A DNA stretch of 64,000 nucleotides from Alphaproteobacteria bacterium (GTDB lineage: Bacteria; Pseudomonadota; Alphaproteobacteria; UBA828): NCBI GenBank assembly GCA_965237415.1, contig CBDEFM010000002.1, positions 2,528,001-2,592,000 of the forward strand, in the 5' to 3' direction. Of the stretch, positions 41,868 to 51,069 are shown piece by piece; position 1 is the first letter of the stretch; each line of letters starts with the position of its first letter. Below the pieces are notes generated by a model. It was not told where the DNA came from and ran no database searches. It saw nothing but the letters and a program-made list of their open reading frames with translations. The position numbers and the translations under genes were made by a program.

Positions 41868-42743
41868 CTACCCCTTGACCGCGCCCATGGTGATCCCGCG
41901 CACGAGGAAGCGCTGGAGCGTCGCCACCGCGAAGAACACCGGCAGGGTGCCAAGCACCGAAAGCGCCGCGATCTTCGCCCAGAATGTCGACTGGGCGCCG
42001 TAATAGTGGGTGACCAGCACGGGGAAGGTCAGCACTTCGTGGCGCGTCAGAATCAGCGCGAAGACGAACTCGTTCCACGCGAAGATGAAGGTGAACACCG
42101 CCGTCGCGAAGATGCCGGTGCGCGCCATCGGGAACACGATCTTGCGCAGCGCCTGCCAGCGCGAGCAGCCGTCGGTCAGCGCGCTCTCCTCCACCTCGAC
42201 CGGGATGTCCTCGATGTAGCCGCGCATCATCCAGATCACGTAGGGCAGATTGAACGCGATGTAGAGCAGGATCAGCCCGACGTAGCTGTCGATCCAGCCG
42301 AACCAGACGAACAGCAGGAAGATCGGGAAGACGATGACGATCGGCGGGATCATCCGCTGCGAGATGATCCAGATCGCGAGGTTCTGGCCGCCGGTCTTGA
42401 AGCGCGCGAGGCTGTAGGCAGCCGCGGTGCCCAGCACCATGGCAACGACGGTCGAGACGCTGGCGATGATGAGGCTGTTGTAGATCGCCCAGACGTCGCC
42501 GTCTTTGAACAGGATCCCGAAGATGCGGAAGTTCGGCTCGTTCGGGAACCAGACCGGCGGGCGGGCGAAGATATCGCCCGCCGATTTGATCGAGGTGATG
42601 AAGAGCCAGTAGACGGGGAAGAGGAAGATCACCAGCACCACGAGCGCAATCAGGAAGCGCCAGGTCATGCGCCGGCGCTCGCGGGTCAGCCAGCGCGGCC
42701 ACATGCTGGTTCGGGTGGGGGCAGGTGTGTCGGACACCGTCAT
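41868..42743 (-). CDS. Carbohydrate ABC transporter permease (MalG-like)
   Basis: EAA loop EESALTDG; FIFAWNEF. Confidence 0.9.
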   Translation of the reverse strand: MTVSDTPAPTRTSMWPRWLTRERRRMTWRFLIALVVLVIFLFPVYWLFITSIKSAGDIFARPPVWFPNEPNFRIFGILFKDGDVWAIYNSLIIASVSTVVAMVLGTAAAYSLARFKTGGQNLAIWIISQRMIPPIVIVFPIFLLFVWFGWIDSYVGLILLYIAFNLPYVIWMMRGYIEDIPVEVEESALTDGCSRWQALRKIVFPMARTGIFATAVFTFIFAWNEFVFALILTRHEVLTFPVLVTHYYGAQSTFWAKIAALSVLGTLPVFFAVATLQRFLVRGITMGAVKG

Positions 42744-43654
42744 CGGGCGATCTCCACCCGCTTGAGCGCGAAAATGACGATGATCGAGAGCAGGATGATC
42801 ACCAGGAAGGCGATCGCGCCCGCATAGCTCGTCTCGAACTCCTTGAAGGCCCGGATGTAGGTGTAGATCGAGATCGTCTCCGTCATCGTGCCGGGGCCGC
42901 CCTTGGTCATCGCCCAGATGATGTCGAAGATGCGGAAGAGATCGAGCGCACGGATCAGGATGGCGATGACGAGCACCGGCTTGATGACCGGCAGCGTGAT
43001 CCTGAAGAATATCTTCCAGAACGAGGCGCCGTCGATCTCAGCCGCCTCGATCAAGCTGCGGTCGACGTTGGAGAGCGCGGCCAGCAGGATCAGGAACATG
43101 AACGGCGTCCACTGCCACACCTCGCAGACCAGGATCGCGGGATAGACCCATTCCGGCCGCGACAGCCAGAGGATCGCCATCGGGTCCGACGAGAACCAGC
43201 CGATGATCTGGTTGATCGGGCCGTACTGGTTGTCGAACATCAGCCGCCACGTGGAGCCTGCAACGATCGGCGAGATGACGGTCGGGATGATGAGAAGCGC
43301 GACGAACACCTGCTTGAGCGGCATCTTTTCCAGGAAGAGCTGCGCCATGAGGAGGCCCAGCACCAGCTCGATGGGGAGCGCGATCGCCAGGATCAGGAAG
43401 GTGTGGCCCATCGATTCCCAGAGCCGCGTGTCCGAGAAGAGGGCCGCGTAGTGCTTGCCGCCGGACCAGGAGGTGTCCTCGGCCAGCATGGTGATGTCCT
43501 GGAAGCTGACGATACCGGTGTGGATAATCGGGTAGAGGCCGACCAGCAGGAGCACGATGATCGACGGCGCGATCACCAGCCACTTGAAATGCCGGTCGGC
43601 GAAGAGGTTCGCGCGGTGGCCGAAGTGCGGGCCCCGGCCCGCGGCGACCGTCAT
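42740..43654 (-). CDS. Carbohydrate ABC transporter permease (MalF-like)
   Basis: WQWTPF, EAAEIDGAS, TKGGPG. Confidence 0.9.
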   Translation of the reverse strand: MTVAAGRGPHFGHRANLFADRHFKWLVIAPSIIVLLLVGLYPIIHTGIVSFQDITMLAEDTSWSGGKHYAALFSDTRLWESMGHTFLILAIALPIELVLGLLMAQLFLEKMPLKQVFVALLIIPTVISPIVAGSTWRLMFDNQYGPINQIIGWFSSDPMAILWLSRPEWVYPAILVCEVWQWTPFMFLILLAALSNVDRSLIEAAEIDGASFWKIFFRITLPVIKPVLVIAILIRALDLFRIFDIIWAMTKGGPGTMTETISIYTYIRAFKEFETSYAGAIAFLVIILLSIIVIFALKRVEIAR

Positions 43655-43919
43655 CCGCAGGCTTTCACCGGCGGTCCGCCACCGACGTCAGCAACCGCAC
43701 CCGCCATGCCGTTCCCGTCCATGCCGGCCCGCCGCGTTCCTTCCGCACAGCCTTGAGAGGTAACGGAAATGCCGCCACGGCGCAACGTTCGCCGTGACAC
43801 TGGGGCGACGCATGATCGACCATCGGCATGGCGCTCGCTTGCGCGTAAGATGCGCCGGCAATCGGAACGGCGGGGCTCCTGCATGAGCAGGGGCTGTGCG
43901 TAGAATGGGAGTGTGAGCG

Positions 43920-44369
43920 ATGAGGCAGATCGGCTACGCCATGCAGTTCAGAGGGTCCGCCGGGCCGCAGGAGGGCAAGGAGAACGAGCTCTGGGCCAAG
44001 ACGGGCTCGACCACGATGCGGCTATCGACCTCGCTCGATGCGGGCGGGCCGCAGGTCTCTATGGAGGACGCGACCGAGCAGCGGGCGTCGTTCACTTCGA
44101 ACGTCCAGACGCTCGAGGATGGCGAAGTCACCGAGGACGGGACCATCGATTTCGGCGAGGCCGGCACGCTCGATTTCAGCACCATCGGGACCGGATGGAT
44201 GGGTCCGAGCGCAATTGACGGGCTCACTCACGGCGGGATCAGCTGGCGGGTCGACGGCGGCACAGGGCCGCTAGAGGGTGCAAGCGGGATCATCACCTCC
44301 AACTTTACCGTCTCGGGGTCGGGCGAAGTCGCCGACAACCAGTGGGGCGTCATCTACGTCAAGGACTGA
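43920..44369 (+). CDS. Hypothetical acidic, probably all-beta protein
   Basis: Clean 149-aa ORF with host-like GC-ending codons; C-terminal VDGGTGPLEGASGIIT. Confidence 0.7.
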   Translation: MRQIGYAMQFRGSAGPQEGKENELWAKTGSTTMRLSTSLDAGGPQVSMEDATEQRASFTSNVQTLEDGEVTEDGTIDFGEAGTLDFSTIGTGWMGPSAIDGLTHGGISWRVDGGTGPLEGASGIITSNFTVSGSGEVADNQWGVIYVKD

Positions 44370-44374
44370 CGCGC

Positions 44375-45085
44375 GTGCAGGACGGCACCGCCCGACAGAG
44401 TGCGAATGGCGTGAGCCGCCGCAGCCCCCGGCCGAAAGACGCTGCTACGTTGGTTCTCTTGCGCGAGGGCAGGGGTGGGCCCGAGGTCCTGATGGGCCGC
44501 CGCCCCCGCCGCCAGGTGTTCATGCCCGGCCAGTACGTGTTTCCGGGCGGCGGCGTCGAGCCCTGCGATCGCTGGGTCCGCCCGGCGACGGAGCTCAGGC
44601 CCGGCGTGGCCGCACGGCTTGCGCGCTCCGCTTCGCCTGCGCGCGCCCGCTCGCTGGCTGCTGCGGCCGTGCGCGAGACCTTCGAGGAGACAGGGCTCGC
44701 CCTCGGTCTGCAAGCGCCGGCGGCAAACGGCCGTCTCCGGCCCGAATGGCAGGCCTTTCACGCGACCGGCCTGGCACCCGCCCTCGACAAGCTCGACTAC
44801 ATCTACCGCGCGGTCACGCCGCCGGGGCTGCCGCGGCGCTTCAACGCACGGTTCTTCCTGGCCCGCGCGACCGACGCGTCGGGGACGCTCGGCAGCAACG
44901 GCGAGCTACTCGATCTCGGCTGGGTGCCGGTGACGGAGGCCATGGGCTTGCCGATCCCCTACATCACCGCCGTCGTGCTGGAGGAGCTCGAGCACATGTA
45001 CGCTTCGCCCCCCGATCCCGATAGCGACCGGCCCGTGCCGGTCTGCATCCGCGTGGGGCGGGACCACGTCCACAGCCACGAATAG
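44375..45085 (+). CDS. NUDIX hydrolase
   Basis: KDAATL, YVFPGG, AAVRETFEETG, RRFNARFF; start uncertain. Confidence 0.85.
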   Translation: MQDGTARQSANGVSRRSPRPKDAATLVLLREGRGGPEVLMGRRPRRQVFMPGQYVFPGGGVEPCDRWVRPATELRPGVAARLARSASPARARSLAAAAVRETFEETGLALGLQAPAANGRLRPEWQAFHATGLAPALDKLDYIYRAVTPPGLPRRFNARFFLARATDASGTLGSNGELLDLGWVPVTEAMGLPIPYITAVVLEELEHMYASPPDPDSDRPVPVCIRVGRDHVHSHE

Positions 45086-45106
45086 CGGTCACGGGCGGCG
45101 GACCGA

Positions 45107-46120
45107 CTACTCCGCCGAAACCCTGACCAGCAGCTTGCCGAAGTTGCTGCCGTCGAAGAAGCGCTGAAACGCCGCGGGCGCGTTCTCGAGGCCGTCCACG
45201 ATGTCCTCCTTGAAGGCGAGCCGGCCTTCCCCCAGCCAACGGGCGAGGCGCTTGCGCGCGTGCTCGTAGTGCGCGCCGTAGGAGTAGATGTTGAAGCCCT
45301 TCACCTCGGTCTCGGTGAAGAGGATCGGCGCGAGATGGCTTGCGACCCTGGGCGGCTCGGTCGCGTTGTAGTGGGAAATGCCGCCGCAGATCACCACGCG
45401 GGCGCCGTGAGCGAGCAGGGGATAGATCGCATCGCCGATAGGCCCGCCGACATTCTCGAAGTAGACGTCGATGCCATCGGGGCACGCCGCGGAGAGGGCT
45501 GCGGGCAGATCGTCGGTATGCCTGTCGATGGCCTCATCGAAGCCGAGCTCTTGCGCGAGATAGCGCAGCTTCTCCGCCCCGCCGGCGATGCCGACGACCC
45601 TGCAGCCCGCGATCTTCGCCACCTGGCCTGCGACCGCACCGACCGCGCCCGACGCCGCCGAGATGACGACCGTATCGCCGGGCGCGGGCCGGCCGACCTT
45701 GACGAGCCCGAGATAGGCGGTGAGCCCCGGCATGCCGAGCACGCCGACGGCCGTCGACAGCGGCCCCAGCGCCGGGTTCACTTTGCGCGCCTCTGCGCCC
45801 TGCGCGATGGCGTAGTCCTGCCAGCCGGTGTAGTCGTCGACGATATCGCCGGGTGCGAATTTCGGGTGCCGGCTCTCCACCACCCGGCTAACCGCGCCCC
45901 CCACGATCACGTCGCCGAGCGGGATCGGCGGGTAGTAGCGGAGGTCCGTGCCCATCCTGAGCCGCATGTAGGGGTCGAGGGAGAGCCAGATCGTCCGCAC
46001 TAGCAGCTCGCCCTCTGCCGGCGTCGGCACCGGCCCCTCGACGAGGCGGAAATCCGTCTCCTTCGGCGGCCCCACCGGGCGCGCGGCGAGCGCGATCTGG
46101 CGGTTGGTGTTGGCTATCAT
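45107..46120 (-). CDS. NADP-dependent oxidoreductase (CurA/prostaglandin reductase-like MDR)
   Basis: [38 protein letters not shown]. Confidence 0.9.
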   Translation of the reverse strand: MIANTNRQIALAARPVGPPKETDFRLVEGPVPTPAEGELLVRTIWLSLDPYMRLRMGTDLRYYPPIPLGDVIVGGAVSRVVESRHPKFAPGDIVDDYTGWQDYAIAQGAEARKVNPALGPLSTAVGVLGMPGLTAYLGLVKVGRPAPGDTVVISAASGAVGAVAGQVAKIAGCRVVGIAGGAEKLRYLAQELGFDEAIDRHTDDLPAALSAACPDGIDVYFENVGGPIGDAIYPLLAHGARVVICGGISHYNATEPPRVASHLAPILFTETEVKGFNIYSYGAHYEHARKRLARWLGEGRLAFKEDIVDGLENAPAAFQRFFDGSNFGKLLVRVSAE

Positions 46121-46245
46121 CGGCGCCGCTCCCTCTCTCCCTCCCCTCGAGTCTATGCGACCCGCGGTCGGCAGCAAATTCGGCTGTCTTCAGCGCGCTC
46201 CGGCGACTACTCTTTTCCGACGACGCAAGAGGGAGACGACGGCCG

Positions 46246-46941
46246 ATGAACCTCACCCCGACAGAGCAGGAGCGGCTCACCATCTTCACTGCCGCCCAGC
46301 TTGCGCGTGAGCACAAGCGCCGCGGCATCAAGCTCAGCCACCCGGAAGCGATCGCCTATATCTGCGACGAGCTCCTGATGTGTGCGCGCGAAGGTCGCAC
46401 CCTCAAGGACCTTATGGGCTATGGCGCGGAGATCCTCACGTCGGACGACGTGATGCCGGGCGTGCCGGAGCTGATTCCGGTCATCCATGTCGAGGCGGTG
46501 TTCCCGGACGGCGCCAAGCTCATCACCGTGCACCAGCCGATCCGCCCGGGCACGGCGGAGAGCCCGCCCAGCCCCCGCGCCGGCGAGATCATCACGCCGG
46601 ACGAGGAGATCGAGCTGAACGCAGGCCGGAGGACCGGATCGGTGGCGGTCACCAACACCGGCGACCGCCCGGTCCAGATCGGCAGCCACTTCCACTTCTT
46701 CGAGATCAACCGGGCCCTCGACTTCGATCGTCAGGCGACCTTCGGCATGCGCCTCGACATCCCGTCCGGCACTGCCGTGCGCTTCGAGCCCGGGCAAGAG
46801 AAGGAGGTCGCGCTGGTGGAGATCGGCGGCCGCGGCCGGGTCACCGGCTTCAACTCCCTCACCGAGGGCATGATCGATTCGCCCGAAGTCAAGGATCAGG
46901 CGATCGCCCGCGCGAAAGCGGGCGGCTTCCGGGGAGCGTAG
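46246..46941 (+). CDS. ureAB: Fused urease gamma-beta subunit, paralog 2
   Basis: [11 protein letters not shown]...LSHPEA...[13 protein letters not shown] joined to [19 protein letters not shown]...[17 protein letters not shown]. Confidence 0.92.
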   Translation: MNLTPTEQERLTIFTAAQLAREHKRRGIKLSHPEAIAYICDELLMCAREGRTLKDLMGYGAEILTSDDVMPGVPELIPVIHVEAVFPDGAKLITVHQPIRPGTAESPPSPRAGEIITPDEEIELNAGRRTGSVAVTNTGDRPVQIGSHFHFFEINRALDFDRQATFGMRLDIPSGTAVRFEPGQEKEVALVEIGGRGRVTGFNSLTEGMIDSPEVKDQAIARAKAGGFRGA

Positions 46942-46945
46942 GCAG

Positions 46946-48655
46946 ATGGTGAAGATCGCACGCGAGACCTATGCCCGCTACTACGGGCCGACCAAGGGCG
47001 ACAAGATCCGACTCGGCGATACCTCGCTGATCGGCGAGATCGAGCACGACCACACCACCTACGGCGATGAGTGCTGGACCGGCGCCGGCCGCGTGATGCG
47101 CGACGGCATGTCCTACGACGCCCATACCTCCGCAGCCGACGGCGCCATCGACATGCTGGTCGAGAACGCGACCGTCATCGACCCCGTGCTCGGCCTCGTG
47201 AAAGCCGACATCGGCATCAAGGACGGCAAGATCGCGGGCGTCGGCAAGGCCGGCAATCCCAACACGCAGGACGGGGTGGATTCGAACCTCGTCTGCGGCC
47301 CCAACACCACCTACTACCCGGCCAGCGGCCTTATCGTGACGCCGGGCGGCATCGACGTGCACGTCCACTGGTTGTCGGCGGACCAGTGCAACCACGCGCT
47401 GGCGAGCGGGCTCACCACCATGATCGGCGGCACCATGGGACCGCTCTTCGCCATCGACTGCGGCGGCCCCTGGAACACCTACCGGATGCTGGAGGCATCG
47501 GAAGCGTGGCCGATCAATTTCGGCTTCTTCGGCCGCGGCTCGTCCCACGATCCGGCGACCATCGTCGAGCATCTCGACGGCGCCATCATCGGCGTCAAGA
47601 TCCACGAGGACTACGGCGCCATGCCGGCCACCATCGATGCCTGCCTGCGCGCCTCCGCCGAGCACGATTTCCCGGTCCAGATACACACTGACACGCTGAA
47701 CGAGTCCGGCTTCTACGAAGACACGATGGCGGCGATCGCAGGTCGCACCATCCACATGTACCACACGGAAGGCTCCGGCGGCGGCCACGCGCCGGACATC
47801 ATCCGCTGCAACGGCGAGCCCCACTGCCTGCCGTCGTCGACCAACCCGACCAACCCCTACACGGTCAACGTCTTCGACGAGCAGCTCGACATGACCATGG
47901 CCTGCCATCTGCTGCGCTACGACCTGCCGGAAGACGTGGCCTTCGCCGAGAGCCGGGTGCGGCACGGCACCATCGCGGCCGAGGACGTGCTGCACGACAT
48001 CGGCGCGGTCTCGATGTTCGGCTCCGACAGCCAGGGCATGGGGCGGATCAACGAGGTCATCACGCGCTGCTGGCAGCTTGCGAGCAAGATGCGCGACCAG
48101 CGCGGGCGGCTACCTGAGGAGACCACCGCCGACGCCGACAACGAGCGCATCAAGCGCTATATCGCGAAATACACCATCAACCCGGCGATCGCCTTCGGCG
48201 TCGACCAATACGTGGGCTCGCTGGAGCCCGGCAAGATGGCCGATCTCGTCACCTGGAAGCCCGCCTTCTTCGGCATCAAACCCTTCGGCGTCATCAAGGG
48301 CGGCTTCGTCGCCTGGGGCCAGAGCGGCGATCCCTCCGGCAGCTACTTCCAGACCGAGCCGGTCATCATGCGGCCCCAGTTCGGCCATCACGGACGCGCG
48401 CCGGCGACGCTGAGCGCCGTCTTCGCGCATCGGCGCGCGCTCGATATCGACGTGCCCGGCCGCATCGGCCTGAGCAAACCGATCCTGCCGATCGGGAGCT
48501 TCACCAAGCTCACCAAGAAGGACATGCTGCACAACGACGCCTGCCCCGACATCCGCGTCGACTCCCAGACCTTCGAGGTCTTCGTCGACGGGACGCTGGC
48601 GGCCTGCGAGCCGATCGACAAGATCACCCTCGGCCAGAACTACCTGCTGCGCTGA
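46946..48655 (+). CDS. ureC: Urease alpha subunit-like protein, paralog 2 (more divergent pocket and flap)
   Basis: [56 protein letters not shown]. Confidence 0.9.
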   Translation: MVKIARETYARYYGPTKGDKIRLGDTSLIGEIEHDHTTYGDECWTGAGRVMRDGMSYDAHTSAADGAIDMLVENATVIDPVLGLVKADIGIKDGKIAGVGKAGNPNTQDGVDSNLVCGPNTTYYPASGLIVTPGGIDVHVHWLSADQCNHALASGLTTMIGGTMGPLFAIDCGGPWNTYRMLEASEAWPINFGFFGRGSSHDPATIVEHLDGAIIGVKIHEDYGAMPATIDACLRASAEHDFPVQIHTDTLNESGFYEDTMAAIAGRTIHMYHTEGSGGGHAPDIIRCNGEPHCLPSSTNPTNPYTVNVFDEQLDMTMACHLLRYDLPEDVAFAESRVRHGTIAAEDVLHDIGAVSMFGSDSQGMGRINEVITRCWQLASKMRDQRGRLPEETTADADNERIKRYIAKYTINPAIAFGVDQYVGSLEPGKMADLVTWKPAFFGIKPFGVIKGGFVAWGQSGDPSGSYFQTEPVIMRPQFGHHGRAPATLSAVFAHRRALDIDVPGRIGLSKPILPIGSFTKLTKKDMLHNDACPDIRVDSQTFEVFVDGTLAACEPIDKITLGQNYLLR

Positions 48656-48663
48656 GCCTTCGT

Positions 48664-49521
48664 TTGGCTGCCTCCGTGTCCCAGGCTGCCCGGGCCAATG
48701 AGGAGCCACAGGCGGCGCTCCGCTTCGCCCGCGCACCCGATGGCCAGAGCTACATCGCCCGCCAGCGCGTCGGCTACCCGTTCCACATCACCCGGCCGTT
48801 CTACTTCGACGAGGCGCCGGCCGGAGCGTTGACGCTCTATCTCCAGTCGGTCTCCGGCGGCATCTACCAGGGCGAGGATCTGCGCATGATCTGCGGCGCA
48901 GAGGCCGGCAGTGCCGCCCATGTGACCACCCAGGCGGCGACCATCGTGCACCGGATGCCTGCCGCGCCGGCGCGGCAGACGGTCGCGCTGGAGGCGGCTG
49001 ACGGTGCGCTTCTCGAATATCTGCCGGACCCGCTGATCATGTTTCCGGGCGCCCGGCTCACCTCGCTGCTGGAAATCGAGGCCGCGGAGGGTGCCACGGT
49101 CATCGCGTCCGAAAGCTTCGCTCACCACGACCCCGGCGGCGAGGATCGACGGTTCGAAAGCTTCGCGGCGGAGATGCGTATCCGCGATGAGGGGGGCCGC
49201 CTGCTTGCGCTGGAGCGCTACGCCCTCGCCGGCGATCGTCTGGCGAAGGGTGCGAGCCAGATCGCGCGCTGGCCGGCGCAGGGCAGTCTCGTCGTCGCCC
49301 ACCGCGGCCCTGCGCGCGAGGCCATCCTGGCCGCTCTCCGCTCGGCGCTTGCGCCGACGGAGGCCTTCTACGGCGGCGCCTCGGCGCTCCCCAACGAGGC
49401 CGGTGTGGGCGTGCGCCTGCTGGCGCGGGACGGGGCCCGGCTGCGGCGCGGGCTGGAGGCAGCGTGGTGCGCAGTCAGGCTCGCGCTCTACGGCGCGCCG
49501 CCCGCCCGCCGCCGCAAGTAG
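48664..49521 (+). CDS. ureD: Urease accessory protein UreD/UreH
   Basis: YPFHITRP, SGGIYQGEDL, VTTQAATIVH, LEYLPDPLIMF. Confidence 0.85.
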   Translation: MAASVSQAARANEEPQAALRFARAPDGQSYIARQRVGYPFHITRPFYFDEAPAGALTLYLQSVSGGIYQGEDLRMICGAEAGSAAHVTTQAATIVHRMPAAPARQTVALEAADGALLEYLPDPLIMFPGARLTSLLEIEAAEGATVIASESFAHHDPGGEDRRFESFAAEMRIRDEGGRLLALERYALAGDRLAKGASQIARWPAQGSLVVAHRGPAREAILAALRSALAPTEAFYGGASALPNEAGVGVRLLARDGARLRRGLEAAWCAVRLALYGAPPARRRK

Positions 49522-49539
49522 GCGTGGCCCGCCTTCACA

Positions 49540-49596
49540 GCACGCTCTTGATATTGGTTCACGCAATATCCGCGACGACGTAAAGACCGCGATCAT
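49540..49596 (-). pseudogene. Possible remnant N-terminus of a VapC/PIN toxin
   Basis: ATGA overlap with the antitoxin stop; MIAVFTSSRILREP resembles a VapC start (MIAVDTSA...EP) but lacks the catalytic Asp and runs antisense into ureD. Confidence 0.45.
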
Positions 49597-49850
49597 TTTG
49601 GCAAGCCGTCATCGTCGTAGAGAAAATCCTGGCTGCGCGCAGCCGTAGCTCCCTCGGTTCGCTTGCCCCGAGCGGTCGTCTGCACGGCCGCGATCAGTGT
49701 ACGCCGAGCTTCGAGATCGGGTTGCGGCTGCACCGGCACCAAGCGAACGATAGCCTTGCCGTGACGGGTGAGCACCACCTCATCGCCCGCTTCCGCCCGG
49801 CGGACAAGCTCGGTCAATCGTCCCTTCGCTTCGCTGACGGAAATTCGCAT
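49593..49850 (-). CDS. Phd/YefM-family antitoxin (orphan)
   Basis: MRISVSEAKGRLTELVRRAEAGDEVVLTRHGKAIVRLVP; C-terminal SQDFLYDDDGLPK. Confidence 0.85.
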   Translation of the reverse strand: MRISVSEAKGRLTELVRRAEAGDEVVLTRHGKAIVRLVPVQPQPDLEARRTLIAAVQTTARGKRTEGATAARSQDFLYDDDGLPK

Positions 49851-49993
49851 CGGGCCAGTTCCTTCATGCAAAGTCACTAGCCCCGAAATTGAACCATGAT
49901 GCGGTCTATTCAAGGCCAGTGTTTCAGGTGTTGTCCGGCACACAATGTGTTGAGGCCCTTGATCGCTGCGCCCGGCCTGCCAAGGTTGCAGCC

Positions 49994-50671
49994 ATGCACG
50001 TGCTGGTCGTCGAAGACGACATCGAAACCGCCCGCTATCTGCAGAAGGGCCTGAGCGAGAGCGGCCATGTGGTCGAGCTCGTCCACGACGGGGCGGACGG
50101 GCTCTCGCTCGCGTTGGACCACCGCTTCGACGCGCTCGTGGTCGACCGCATGCTGCCGGGCCTCGACGGCCTCGCGCTAATTGAGACGCTGCGCCGCAAG
50201 GGCCGGCGCACGCCGGTGCTGATTCTCAGCGCGCTCGCCCAGGTGGACGACCGGGTCGAAGGGCTCAGGGCCGGCGGCGACGACTACCTGACCAAGCCCT
50301 TCGCTTTCTCCGAGCTGCTGGCGCGGTTGGAGGCGCTGCTCAGGCGCGCCGACAGCTTTGGCGGCGAGACCCGCCTCGGCCTCGCCGATTTGGAGGTCGA
50401 CTTGCTCGCCCGCACGGTGCGGCGCGCGGGGCGCGAGATCGTTCTGCAGCCCCGCGAGTTCACGCTGCTCGCCTATTTCATGCGCCACGCAGGCCAGGTT
50501 GTCACACGCACGATGCTGCTCGAACATGTCTGGGGCTACCACTTCGACCCGCAGACCAACGTGATCGACGTTCATGTGAGCCGGCTGCGCGGCAAGATCG
50601 ACAAGGGCTTCGACACGCCCCTGATCCACACCGTGCGCGGCGTCGGGTATTGCTTCCGTGCCGACGGATAG
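49994..50671 (+). CDS. OmpR-family response regulator
   Basis: VVEDD, DRMLPGLDG, DDYLTKPF, wHTH region NVIDVHVSRLRGKID, TVRGVGY. Confidence 0.95.
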   Translation: MHVLVVEDDIETARYLQKGLSESGHVVELVHDGADGLSLALDHRFDALVVDRMLPGLDGLALIETLRRKGRRTPVLILSALAQVDDRVEGLRAGGDDYLTKPFAFSELLARLEALLRRADSFGGETRLGLADLEVDLLARTVRRAGREIVLQPREFTLLAYFMRHAGQVVTRTMLLEHVWGYHFDPQTNVIDVHVSRLRGKIDKGFDTPLIHTVRGVGYCFRADG

Positions 50672-50673
50672 CC

Positions 50674-50990
50674 CCCGGTCTTCACCAAGGTCGTGTCGCG
50701 CGCATCGCGCGACACGCGCAAACTTCAACAATCTAATGCGGGATTCGCCGGGATTAAGTGGGATAAGTGGGATTCGGGGAGACTGGCGGCGGCCGTCCTC
50801 GATTGCGGCACCGACGACTGCGGGCGGCAGCCGCCCAGGCGACGAGCGCCCGCAGATATTGTCTGCACCTGCCGCGGCCCGCTTGCTCTTGCGCTGCGTC
50901 GCGCGGATACGCGCGCGGGAGCACGATCGGCACATGATGCGATCATGGCGCATAAGCCGCGCACCGTGCACTGCACTATGGGTCCGGGGA
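50674..50990 (+). repeat. Dispersed intergenic repeat (family A) between the regulator and kinase genes
   Basis: GCGGGATTCGCCGGGATTAAGTGGGATAAGTGGGATTC at 50738-50775; downstream block GCGCGGATACGCGCGCGGGA...GATCGGCACATG shared with the 31.3 kb copy. Confidence 0.85.
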
Positions 50991-51069
50991 GTCGCACGGG
51001 GCGGCAGGGCAGCCTCTTCCCTTCCGTCGTCGCCCGGCGTCGACCGGCACACCCTGACCGTGGCGAGAG

